64,000 nucleotides of DNA from contig NW_019091356.1 of the NCBI RefSeq assembly GCF_001949145.1, positions 4,198,934 to 4,262,933 of the forward strand. The letters run 5' to 3'. The translations under genes and the position numbers were made by a program. Positions within the stretch are counted from its first letter, which is position 1. Each line of letters opens with the position of its first letter. Shown here one piece after another: positions 13,201 through 25,765 of the stretch. The notes beneath the pieces were generated by a model, which was given only the letters and a program-made list of their open reading frames with translations, was not told where the DNA came from and did not search any database. This DNA is from Acanthaster planci (Eukaryota).

Positions 13201-16200
13201 ACAGCGTGGGAGTAGTCACAGTCACTCAGGGAATTCTCCCTATAACAGTGCTACAATCAGATTCCTATTTTAATCCTGGCCTAACATAAGTGATGTCATG
13301 CATGACGAGTTTGATCGAACTTTACAGAAGGGAAATGCAGCCTCATGATATGTGGGAAATGGAGAAAATACCACGAAATGGCTAATGTGTGCTCAGTGGA
13401 GGCACTGGGACGCGGTCTCAAACGTATACCAGACAACGGGGAGATTGCGTGCAAACCCCATCGACTTAGTGCCCGTGTTACCAACCTCCTTGGGGGAGTT
13501 AAGAACGCGGAGTGAGGCACGTTTAGCATCGGTCACTCCGTGAGCTGAATATTGTGCGCTGTAAATTAACAATCCGATCCGTGTTTACGTATGATCTGTC
13601 TACACACAGTTGTCTACCTTGTATCATAACAAACATCAATTATTTAGGAAAGACGATACTGACTTCAGTGACTTGATGCATCCATCCATCTGTACACTGT
13701 GAGCCCTATGCATCACCATTAACGTTGATTTTTTAAAACAAAATTTAAGCAAAATGTTATAGAATCGGAAAAATAGTGCCGACTGTTTTTGAGAACCATA
13801 ACTGATCAAATAGGATCTAAGTGCGTGAGTGTCAACAATGATAAAAATTTCCGTTTCTTGTTTGGTTTTGTTTGTTTTATATTTCCCGTTTGGTTTATGT
13901 GCAAGAAAAAGTGTGTCCTTCGTTTGAAATAATATGTCACACCTTGAAGCAATACAGGACTTGATTATCATGATTAATATTAAAACACGTTCGTGTTTAA
14001 TTATTATTCGCAAAAAAATCTAATCTGTCCGTGTCAAAGCAGTTTGCTCACTCATCTTCCATAATGCGTGTCAGCTAAAAACGTCGTGGATAGCGCCCTC
14101 TTTTTCCTGAGAATCCTCGTCTTATAGGCACCGAAGGCTAGAGGTACTAAAATCTTTTGCTCCATTGGCACTGAGCAATGTAAAAATCAAGCAATGATCT
14201 AGATTTAAACTTACAAAGTTGCCCGAGCCCACCATTGACGCTTATTTGCAAACCATACAGGCCAACTGTTACCAAACGGAACACCTTTTAGCACATGAAT
14301 TTACAGCAAGCCTCTATCTATGCTCTGATTCCAAGAAACCATACCTCGAAAATGCATGTATAACACGCTTAAAAATACACGAAGAACGATGTTGCGGCAG
14401 CAAAACAGGCAAGTAATGTTATTCGGAGCCAGCAACCCTATTACAGCAGTGTCAGCAGACCTCTTGTTTGCATGTACATTCGTTAATCTTGCTCCCACGA
14501 CCACTCGGTCGAACACAAATCCTCTTTTCTGACGTGATGACGTCTAGCGTTTTCTGCGCTTTTGAGCTGAGGCTGACCTTCCTTGCCCTCTTTTTGGCCG
14601 GCCAAGCTTGTCCTGTAGACGATGACGACGGATGATTTGCCGATCGTCAGGAAAAGGCCGCATGGACGTCTTCGTCTTAGGCTGTTCAATCGCTCCGCTG
14701 GAAATAGTCATATGCAGAAAGGGCTGTTTGTTGTTGTGTTCGAGTAGAGTGGTCTTCTTATTTCTTTAAGAGTGACCCGGTTGGGTTAAGGCATCGCTTA
14801 GAAAAGTTCTGCTCATTATGTGATATTAATTCTTGGTATGCTACAAAGTATATCATTTCACTGATGCAAAAAAGAAAAAAAAAAGAAAAAGGAAATCTGA
14901 TAATTCTGATAAATCCTTCCTTGACAAGATGCCAGTCTAGGGACCTTTAATGGCAAACAGGACAGTCCCTGGTTCGAACATCAGCGCAGTAAGAAGCAAC
15001 CACTCAGCGAAACATTTCACCGTTCGCATGCACCTAATGACGCCTAGATAATGATTAGGACTATGCCCAGGCACGTATTACTTCTTAGACAACGCTGTCA
15101 TCTCATCCATTTATCTATTTCCCTCCATTATGGTCCCAGCATCACACAACATGCGATTTATGGCCATATTGCTAATGTCTGCGGTAAGTACGGAGGCGTC
15201 GTTTGACACTATCCGCCGTCGCCAAAGTTCTTGTCTCGCGTACTTTCATTTCGAAATTAAAGAGACGATCTCTTTTTTTTTAATCCATTGATCCGCAGGT
15301 CAAGTAGATTCAGGACTATTTTTTTTTTGCAATTCGAAACTCCCCTTGATAAATGAACATTTTGAAACGTCGACTGTAAATATGGTCTTGGAAATTAAGC
15401 CTATGGCAATAGATTGACTTAGCATACAGTGTACGCTGTGGTAACTAACTTCAGGTTTTTGGGGGGAGGGGGTGGGGTCTCCGAGGCACCATGAACTGGG
15501 ACAGAATCGTTAAGTAAAAGGCTCATACGGTAGTTTGTTTGCCCTGAACGATTTCATATTGGTCGAGAATTATTTCCAAGCCCAAACGGTAAGCAGCCCG
15601 AGAGCTTTGGGGAAGCCGTTATATGAAAGGTATGACCTTGTTCTATGATTGACAACAATGAGAGTACAGCACGATGCGGTTTTCATGTCCACCCTCAATC
15701 AAGTTAGCCTTTGCGGAGCGATATGATTCTGTGGGAGTAGTTTAACATGAAGGCCACAGCTTAATGTCTCATTTAAAATTCCAACATAAAGTGCTTGGTA
15801 AAACGCGTGCATATCAACCAAGAGAAAGGTTAGAGTGAATTCTGCTGCATTAGAAAAGGAATTCGATTATGGGTCTTGGTAGATTTATCTCAAACGTATC
15901 AGAACTTGAACCTTAGTCCTTCATTAACGGAAGAAGCAACATTTAAATTTGCTTGCATTATTTTGGATATTGAATTTGCTGGGGCTTTTGCGGTATTTGT
16001 ACCCGTAGGGTAACACAAATTCTTAAAATTGTTCTTTCTGTTAGCAAATTCGTTTATAACATTGAGGTTTTTCCATATGATTAGTGCACAGAGGGTTCAT
16101 CGTTCGGTGTGTCTTCTAGTCGAGAAACGGCCGTACAAATCTCACTGCTGTTTTTTAAACCACCCTGGAGAATTTACAATGTATGTTTTTTGTGCTTGTT

Positions 16201-17109
16201 GTTCCTACAGTATAGCGCTAAAAAATAATTAAGTTCTTTTCAATCAGAAAAACACAATCACGTCCCTTACCCCGAAGGCGAAATAAAAAAGCTCTGAATA
16301 ACCTTTCTTCCATTTGAACAAAGCAGTTTTAGAAAGGATTGTGTTCGTCAGTTATGGCGTGTTCCACCAAACATGTTATTCCACTTTTCACAGCAATTAC
16401 ACACGCTTCAGTTTCCCCACTTCTGTCGTGACAACTTCCACCGCGGCGTATTGGTTGACATTTTCCACGTCTTTGTTGACCATATCCTGACTTTTAAATT
16501 GTCGCGGGAAGCCAAAGACAAGGATAGTTTGAGCGTGGAGAAATCGCTACCTTTCAGAAGCACAACATGTATAGTTCATTTATCGAAAGGGAGATATCAC
16601 CGCCAAAGGACCACAAAATAATGCGTCGCCCATCGGCGCAGCCTGGTTTCGACATTTCTCCAGGGCTATTTTGTTCCAGGGTTAGGCAGAACAGCCGTCG
16701 ATAGATTTTATCACGTTCATGGCACATTTAGTCAGGAGGAAACACAATCAACGTGCATTTCTTACCGTTTCCGTATTTGGAAAGGATGCTCTCACCATTT
16801 TTATTGATTTTATTGGGTTGGCATCTTAGTCCCAACGGAGTATGTTGGTAATTATGCGTGCTTTGCCATTTGCTATGTGGTCTTCAAAAAAATACAGCCA
16901 AAAGCCAAAATCGTGTGACTCAGCAATCGTTTACTTGTACACAGTTTTCGCGTGTAATTTGTCGCTGTTTGAAATGGTCAGGTGCCGATGCAGTTTGTTC
17001 TAGCTGGCATGCTCTGAGTCCATGCTGTATCATTGCACATTCTTCAATAAGTTTGCGTGGCTCGTAATAATTATGGTGCAGTTTGTACTAAGTCCCAGGC
17101 TCGTAGGCT

Positions 17110-17135
17110 GGGGGTTGGGGATTGGGGTAGGGGGG
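17110..17135 (+). other. Potential G-quadruplex, possibly a MITE terminus
   Basis: GGGGG-TT-GGGG-ATT-GGGG-TA-GGGGGG: four runs of at least 4 G with 2-3 nt loops. Confidence 0.55.
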
Positions 17136-17723
17136 TTGAATGACCCCCATGCTCACTTCTGACTTCCGTTCGTTGTCGGGTGTTTTTTTTTAAACTAATA
17201 TATATTTTTAATATAATGATGTTCTTACTATTCGTTCGTCACTCAGCACCACTTGGTGTTATCGGCGGACGATACAGCAGCAGACGGGCCGTAGCACTCC
17301 AGTTTAACGCAACATTTTTTGCAGCGTAGTTATTCTCTAGAATTGCTTGTGGTCGATTTCATTTTTCCCGTTAGGAGCCTGTGAGATTGTCGATGAAAGT
17401 TACTGTGCGTTCCCCCCGACGCAGCTCATGTTGCGATTTCCAGTAGAACTTAAACGAAGCAAAAAAGTCAAAATGTTTTGATGGCATTTTGGAACTTTAA
17501 TCCATAGCAATACGGGGAAAAGTAATGAACAGCGCTACATGATTATTATGGCCAAAATTCTCCAAAGCCACAATAAAACACAAGACGATCTTCGAATGGT
17601 CTCCAGCAAACAGGAAACCATGAATCAATGTTGATTGTTATGAACTCACTTTTCCTCGTACGAGAATAAAAACGACCCTGCTGACCTGGTTGTCCTTGCT
17701 TCTACTGCCCCCTATATCCACAG

Positions 17724-17911
17724 GAGAGAGGACAAGGGACTTCGCTCTTGGATATGGATTTCTACCTTGTAGATTTTTGCCCCTTTACGCAATTGATTTC
17801 GTTCAGTCAAGCGCCAATTCAACGTCCCGGTTATACTAGGCGAATCGAATGCGCAGCTCTTGTACACCGTTTGACAGATTACTCGCCAGCTCACTTGTCT
17901 ATTAGCAAGTG
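17724..17911 (+). other. Candidate internal exon (188 nt), coding status unknown
   Basis: Pyrimidine-rich acceptor TCCTTGCTTCTACTGCCCCCTATATCCACAG| and donor TG|GTGAGT. One frame is open throughout (ERGQGTSLLDMDFY...HLSISK) but matches no family I know. Confidence 0.3.
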
Positions 17912-19694
17912 GTGAGTCCACCTCTGTACTTTCCTGACACAGTAGTCGTGTAATTAGCCACCCAGTAAGGATGTAATAAACTCATTTATGGTGGTGAACT
18001 TGAGCTGTCAGAAGAGGTCTTCGTCAATTTCAGAAGGCGTGCTGTAAAAGGTCTGCTATCCCCGTTGGTTTAGGGCCGTCGTCGTTACTTTATGATTGAG
18101 TCTTTGGAAGGCGCCACTGAAATCGATGAAACATTCATGGACGTGAAATTACTCACGTTTCTTAGCTTCAACAAACCGTTATTTTTGAAGTGTGAGCTTG
18201 CTTCGATGATAGCATAGCACATGGGTTGTTTTTCAAATGTCAGTTATACGCATGCAGAATTCTTGCATTTTATTGTATCGTCATACACATCTTGATTTTG
18301 TTGATTTATTGTGGAGTTCCTTGTAAAAAAAAGGAAAGGTTTGTTGTTTGTATCACCAACACAGTAATGCCTTCATACTGAAAGAACGCGTCACTTTTTC
18401 ACAACCTTTCAAAACCAAGCAGGGTATTCATCCACTGTAGCCAGTTTTGGGGTATATTACAATAATACTCACACGCTTGCGCACAACAGCAGCGCCCTCT
18501 AGTTTAACAAAAGCTTGTGTTGCCAAGTCGTCGAAACGCACGTCATCAGTTAAGACCAAGTTCTCTGGTCTCAAGGCTCGAGCGCAACATTCACAGAATT
18601 GCTGGCGATTTGAACATGCATTTGAACATATATCCGTGCAGTATTCCCATGAGCTCAGGGATCCACGTGCCTTGCATGCTACACCATAGCAAAAGTTTAC
18701 TGACTGAAGCCTCTACCCATGGGACGTAAACATTCATTTTCCATGTTGCAATTTTTAGAATGCTCTTGCTGTATAGACAACAGGAACGATAACTTTTGAG
18801 ACATGGCTTGCTATGGTCATTCTATGTTCAATTTATGTATTGCATAGTCTCAAAGTTGTCTGCTAGACTTTTGACATCATGACTGCCATCGTGTTTGCGA
18901 AGCAGACATGGTCATGTTCAATAATTCATTGCGCACCATTTCAGATATATAGCGCCCTCAGGTGTTCTGCAGGCGCAAGGCCCAAAAACCTTGAACTGTG
19001 TTATAAGTGTTTTTTTAGCTTGTTTTACATCAAATCTTATATCTTGCGGTCATTTCCCACCGTACACTTACAAGGTACTGTCTGTTTTAATTCAAACATT
19101 GTTCGAAGAATAAATGGCTAACAAAATCCGCAGGCACTCGACCCTTGCTCGGTTCAGCGTTCTCGTAAACCGATCATCCCGTGAGAGCAAAACTGTCGGC
19201 CACCAACATTATTCCTGGTTCACCGACAGAGCAACCAATTACAAAACAGCCGGTGAGAAGTTCCAAGTGTGTCAAAGGGCACTCGCAAGAAACTTTCTCC
19301 CGGGAGTCGAGACAAAGGAAGGGGGAACTGAAGAAAACGCCCAGCTCAAACCTCTCGAGTTCTTCATATTGGAAATGTGCCACGCAGGCACTCAGGTACG
19401 AGTGCTGCTCTCCCGGCCACACGGAAACTCGAATTAAAACAGTCTTGGGGCTCAGGGGGTTGTCTCGTCAGAAAATCGCGGCAATTCACTGTGTTTATTG
19501 CGCTGGCCTGCTTTGTAGGGAACACCGAAAATAAGCCCTCATTTGCGCCAAACCCTCCGGGTATGCATCCTGTCATTATTGACTATGGAGCCACAGTCAT
19601 CGAGCAGCTGCAGTGGGCCCAAACCGAGGATAGTTAAAGCGCTATCTGTACTTAGTAAGGATTTCTCCTTACTTTGTTCTTCTTGTTTGTCCAG

Positions 19695-19799
19695 ATCTGG
19701 ATGGGATGTGAACTTCCAACGGGTAAAATTGCCGTTCCATTTGGTGTGGGATTGAGCCCCCCAGTCCTATCGGTTTCTCTCAACTGTCTTGTGACACAG
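19695..19799 (+). other. Candidate internal exon (105 nt, symmetric phase 0-0)
   Basis: Very strong polypyrimidine acceptor TTTCTCCTTACTTTGTTCTTCTTGTTTGTCCAG| and donor CAG|GTAAGC. Open frame IWMGCELPTGKIAVPFGVGLSPPVLSVSLNCLVTQ, not recognised. Confidence 0.4.
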
Positions 19800-22700
19800 G
19801 TAAGCTGGGAGATTATGTGAAGCGTTGTGCTTTCATAGTTGCAATACTGCTCCAATCTGTGTCTCGTAACTTTCAAATTAAAAACCTTTAAACAGAACAG
19901 TTGAGTCTTCACAAAAATTATCCGGAAAGAAAAAAAGATCGGTAAACCACTTTATAAGCCACTTGTGGACATCATTTATTGAATCTCCATTAAGAATAAA
20001 GCCAAAAAAAAAACTTTTCTAAGGGCACTTTGTGTAGTTAATTAGAGTCCAGAATGTTTCAATTATGACACCATTAGGCGTGTACTATCCAAACTTAGAG
20101 TCTTGGAAGCGACAATTTCTGAGATCCGCAAAAAAAAAAATGCATTCTTTCACACGCCTTTGGGGGCAATTAACAACGCGTTCGAATTTGGAAATCTACA
20201 AATATGCCCTTATTTTCCCCTTGTTTAAGGCCTAGCGCCTCCAGTAGTTCTCGCTTTAATTGTGGAAATCGATAACACCATTGCCCCGACAGGGCACACT
20301 TGACACTTGGCGATCTGAGACTATTGTTGGTGATTAGCGACGGCAAAGAAGATAATATAGTCGCCCTTTGCATGACGCACTTGACGATGGTTCTGCGCAA
20401 TTATGATTGGCCGAATTTGTAGTCATTCGGATTGAATAACTTTAAAGCAACTCACGCCAGTCCAACCTGGAAGGATGCATATTAGAGTGATTCAAAAGAA
20501 AACTCTCATTTCAGAAATGATAAGCGAATAATTGGAGCGGTGAAAGGGGAGGCCAACTTGATTTACATGGTTTGCATTAAAATTGACATGACCGCTCGAG
20601 TCTCAATAAATTTCTTATCAATTAATGTTTTTAACAGGTCTCCGGCGGGGTTTTTGTGTAGTGTCACGTGGTCTTAATCATTATTACTGACACGAAGACC
20701 TCCAATGCATGTCTTTAAGTACCTGATTTAGATGGACAATTTGTGCATTAATTAAGAACCACTTAAAACCCTGGCATGACGAATACCGGAATGCGCTGCC
20801 AGAGAGGGTTGTCATTTTTTATTCTGAAGTATTTTTAACTTCATGGATGGAACTTCCTTCTATTTTGAGAAGACTCCAAGCATTCAGCGGCGTCAGCGCA
20901 CAGAATTATCCGGAAGAAATGAATCAATTTCCTCCCAGGACGCATCCCAGGGTGTGACTCAATTTTTCCCGGCTGGAGGTTCCCTGTTTCTTGATTAAAG
21001 GGTTACGCCTTGTCGCCTCATATTTTCGAAGAACGTGAATTCTTGAAGAAAATGCGCTTTTGTTAGCAAAATGACAGAGAACATATATTGTGTCGAATGA
21101 TAGGTAATCATCGAGTTGACCATGCCCATTGATACTCATGCTGACAGGTTGAAGGTATCCTGTATTGATCATGAATTGGCCCGGTCTGCCGGCGGAGAGT
21201 AAAAAGAACTTTTACGGATACCAGGCGAGTATCGTGTTCTCGCTTCTTCCTGACAGTTTCGTACTTGTGCTATTCGATCCATTCTGCTGGCTGTGGGCCT
21301 ATGTGTCATAACACCTGACATGAATGAGTTCAAGACAACAGGTCACCCCGTGATGGCATACTTAGGTCACCGTAGTCTGGCGTTAGTCACACTGTAGGCT
21401 TTGTACATGCATATAGATGAGAACGCCTTCTCATCCCTCCATGGGCCATGGTGCGAGCAAACAGGTGTAGAGTGTGTGATATTTTGGGGGCCTTATATAG
21501 ACTTAGTTCTCAGGATCGACCCGTAAATCCCTAGATACTGTTAAAGGTGGCACACTTCCTCCTTGTGTTTTTTCTTCACCGATGCGTTAGGTCTTATACT
21601 ATAGCGTTGTTGAGTTGGGACGTGAACTGGAGAACCCCTTAAATCCCCAGGGCAGCAACATAATCACATCGTAGAAGTATCCGTTAGAAATAAACTCACA
21701 GGAAACCAGAAACAGGCTCTAGATTGACATACCGGGAATGATGGCCAGCTGAGGTCGACAAGCTTCATTCAAGGCCGGCTGGTCGCAAGTGTATCAGTTG
21801 GCAAATACATCTGCATGTCTGTAGGCTTAGACCATTGTGCAACCACTATGTTTCCTTCACCCATATCCGGCTAGCCAGCTTCGCTCTAAAACTCTGCTAG
21901 TTTGTACATGGACCGTGACTGAGTACAGGATAACCAATTGATGAAATAAATACTGTTCGATCACAAGTCATTCAAAACCTAATAGTGTTCCATATTCCAT
22001 GGAAAAGCTGAAATTTGTTAACGAGGCCCTCCCGTTTGCGCAGACTTGAACTATCCGCGGTGCTCGACGATACGTTTCCGCACGCGTCTTTGTTGAGACA
22101 CAGAAAACTATTTTAGTGAATGGTTCTTGTGACTGTAGACACTGAGGTAAACCGTACCAGCAAAATTTCCCAGATCTGTTATGCACACGAATTTGTCGAG
22201 TAAATTCCAATAGGGCCAGTCTGCCTAATTTACGAGAAATCTCCCAGTGATTTTGATTTCGGCTAGTTCTTGCTATGCTGTGCACGTGAACCAATATCCC
22301 TCCGGCTGACAGAAAACTGGGTCCTGCTGAATTCGCCCCAGGTGTCTGATGTTTGTGGAGTACACACTACCGGGACCTTGGAGAGAAATCCCAGGCACAG
22401 TGCAACGACACTCAGCGCATGCCTAAAGTTATCCCCACTGAGCCGAAGGTCAAGGGTTTCCCTCTCTTTCTGGTCCAATCAAATCGGCCAGATGGCTTAC
22501 AGAACTCACGATGAGCAGGTTGGAACGTCGCTAGAATTGAATGCAGGTGGATCTAGGTCCTACAACCATCGTTGCGTGTTATTGCTTCGTAACAGATTTT
22601 GCTGAGCACTTGAAAGGTCTTGATAAAAAACAATCCCTGAGGACTGTAAGGATTCTGTAGAACTGCATACAATGTCATTTGGAGCTAGAATTCTGCATCG

Positions 22701-23599
22701 GCGAAAATGATTTAAATGTGTCTGAATTCTGCAGCTTGAGCGTCTTCAAGCAATAGCTGACGGTACCAGGAATTTTGCAAAGTACTTCCCAAACCCTTTT
22801 GATAACGAGGCAAAATTCCAGCAGAGAGGACCCCAACAACGTACCGAGAGATCTGCTTTGTCCCGGTGCTACACGCCCGTCACCCGGCAACATCATTACG
22901 GGCGGACGGTGGCCTCGCAGAAATTCAATTGACCGTGCGGTTTTTCTGAGATGAAGTGGCTGAATATCACCCATTGCCTACACGTTTGTATTTGAACATC
23001 AAAAATAGTTTAATTTTCAACTCAAGCTGGATAATAAAAGTACACGAGGACTTCGATCTTGAAGGCCAGTTGGATTTTAAAGTTTGTTTCTGTAATGATA
23101 GATCCGCTTGCCTTGTCATGTTTTTGTATGGACTAGTCTTGCTTCCCTTGCAGAGTTTGAAGACGTGTACCTCTATAAACATGCATGACAATCGTTTACT
23201 TATCTTTAAATGTTGCGTTCAATTCCGAATGCCTTTTAATTATCATTTTTATTGTTATTATTTTTTGGTGGGGGGTATTTTTGTACTTCTGCAAACCGCC
23301 AGAGCCTGTGCATTACCTAAAAGTTACTGATTTCCTTTGTCGCTTATTTGAATTTCTGTTTTACATCCAGCGTTCTTTACAATGTGTTCCATTGTTATGA
23401 TATGTTGACCGGGGTCCACGTTTAGTTGGTTTCACCTGGCTAAGTTCTTATGCCATTATTTAGGCTAGAATCGTCTGAAACCTCACACAAGTCATGCACT
23501 TTAAAGTTACCCTCAAAACTGTTAATACATTAGCAAGTATGATACCGGCATATTGTCAGAAGGTAAATACAACCCTGGCCATGTCGCCCCGTAGACGCG

Positions 23600-24335
23600 A
23601 CTTTGTATGTGATTGGCCACCTAACTCACTCCCATTCCATTGTTTGCGCAGGGAGAGTGTGCCACAACTGGTGTGTGTTGTGTGAACATCGTGTCGTCAG
23701 CAACAGTTTTTCCTCCTCGAGCAGCAGTTCAGTGTTAACGTTTGATGCAGTTAATTGTCTCGCCTGGCAGGACCGCGAGCCAACGACAGGGTCCTCCCTA
23801 GTCGGGGACAGAAAAGGAGACAATTTGGAAAGTGAGGCTGTCGGGATTGAGAGAGGGTTTAACGCCATAAAGTGGACTGCCCGCTGAGCTGATAGCTACG
23901 CCTAAGCCTCTGTTGGGTGTCCAGTCTTTGCTGCTCAACCGCCTGTTGGAATACACGACCCAACGGGACACTGTTGATTGGCAACGGCAAACCACATACT
24001 TGTCCTGATCTGAGAACACGCGACCACAAACTGACTGGGGGCGTTAAAAAAGGATCCACGACCTGGTTTTAATCGGTTTCTGCTACCAAGGCCGCGAGTA
24101 CTCTCTGGACTCTCCCTATTTTTGCATCTTAACTCTAGATTAACCGACCATTGGCTGGACTGGTTGAGACCAACCGGCCGTGCAGATGTTCCATGTGGGA
24201 CCAGCTGCTCTGAATCCCGAGGCCACTTGAACTGGAAATTTACCCGATTCTTCACATTTCGCTGCTAAAAAGCAGACGATAGATCTCTTGAATGGTAGCA
24301 GTTTTAATTTGATTCGTTGACAGCGTCACATCATA
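23600..24335 (+). promoter_or_regulatory. Candidate promoter and 5' UTR for the exon at 24336
   Basis: GC/CpG-richer segment with a reverse CCAAT (GATTGG near 23611) and an X-box-like GTTGATTGGCAAC (23973-23985), leading to a good-context ATG. Boundaries approximate. Confidence 0.3.
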
Positions 24336-24392
24336 ATGGCGACAACGAACGGCCGAAGGCCCCTCGGGGACTTTGTTGTTATCTGCACTTTG
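24336..24392 (+). CDS. Candidate first coding exon MATTNGRRPLGDFVVICTL (phase 0), product unknown
   Basis: ATG in strong Kozak context (ataATGG), 19 codons, consensus donor TTG|GTAAGT at 24393-24398. A possible in-frame acceptor GACAG| lies at 24323. Confidence 0.4.
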
Positions 24393-25366
24393 GTAAGTTC
24401 ACCTTTTGTTCTCTACTTTGTAAAAAAATGCATATCTCGAAATAGACGCTCTTTGAATAGAGCAAACAGTAGTTGTATGTGTATCCGTCTGCAAGCCATT
24501 AATGCGGTATATTTTGGGCAGGGTGCTGTCTGTGGGAACAGGCTGTTTAGGAGAGTTCCGGCACTGGATGACCCGATAAGAAACTGGGTCTCACCAGTTA
24601 AATTTAATAGAAAGTTTTCCGTGGGAGTAGCACACAGTGTCTGAAACTACTGCTCGCCTTCTGAAGAATTGATTATGCCTTTGGGGTTCAGATACCGTAT
24701 GCTTTTCATCCCAGATGGTACATTTCGTTCATATATATATATAGATATTTCTGTGTAAACATTTTAAAAACAACAAAATGCGGGAACTACTCCCAAGCAT
24801 TTTTTGGACCAAAGGAAAAAAAGATAAACTTTATTAATAGCACTACCGAAACACCACTTATCCGTCCAACATATCACGCGAAAATAGCTTGTTTTTGGCC
24901 TCGAGTTAGGTAATGTTGAAATGAGAATGTGATTTTGGGAACTGTGATCGATGGGATCGTAAAAGTAAAGTATAGTAGTTCAATTTCATAGGGTTTCAGA
25001 GTTTGGTGTTTACTATGCAGTTTGATATCAAAGAACCAAGGATGTGCTATAAAGTTCATCTTCAGTGTTTAGTCACCGTCGTCGGGCTTGATTCGCTGCA
25101 ATGTGTCAACATTAACAAGGCGATGTTGCCAATCATATTGTTCTGCCTAATAAAATGCACTGCATTTGTTTACATGCCTGCAGAAATGGATTTCTGCCAG
25201 CATGCTCGTAAAAAAATTCCCACATGCTTGCAAATTTATGCAATCGATTTTAATGGAGCATAAAGGCCACCTCACATCGAGGCCAGCAATGGGTATTTGA
25301 CAGTCGATTATTTCCCAAATGGTTGGAATTTCTATCAGCTATCGCCTTTTTGTCCCCCTCTGTATT

Positions 25367-25765
25367 TGACCTAATCTCATCCCGTGACTTCATGCAGTGT
25401 CAATATCGTCGGGTGTGATGTCCAAACCTTGGAGGTTTGACACCTTACTATGCTCGGTTAGGCTAATGTCTGCTGACCACAAGAAAAGAGCCGAAGCAGA
25501 CGAGCTGCCCGGACACGACCTCCTCAGATGGGGTCAGGGACACGTCACGCTTGTTTGCTGTCCTTGTAAATCTTTGCAGGCCCGGCTGACCTTGTGAATG
25601 GGTTGGGGTCAGAGCAGTTCTGATGTGGATCAATGATTGCAGTCAGCATGACCTTCCATCATGGCCGTTGGTGGTGGTAGGGGCCTCGCATGTTGTACAA
25701 TGTTCTTATGTTTGCCCGCAGCTTGGGGTAATCCCCTAATCCCCGGGTCCCTGTTTAATTGACCT
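25367..25765. promoter_or_regulatory. Nuclear-receptor half-site cluster (candidate intronic enhancer)
   Basis: Six exact RGGTCA/TGACCY hexamers at 25367, 25530, 25587, 25606, 25649 and 25760. Confidence 0.4.

Noticed and set aside
14969..14980. B-box-like GGTTCGAAC (and an A-box-like TGGTGTAGCGG near 30871) as tRNA/SINE
   Set aside because: The boxes are isolated, with no partner box at proper spacing and no cloverleaf.
19114..19637. Stack of overlapping 70-117 aa ORFs
   Set aside because: Explained by locally higher GC. No recognisable domain or consistent splice structure.
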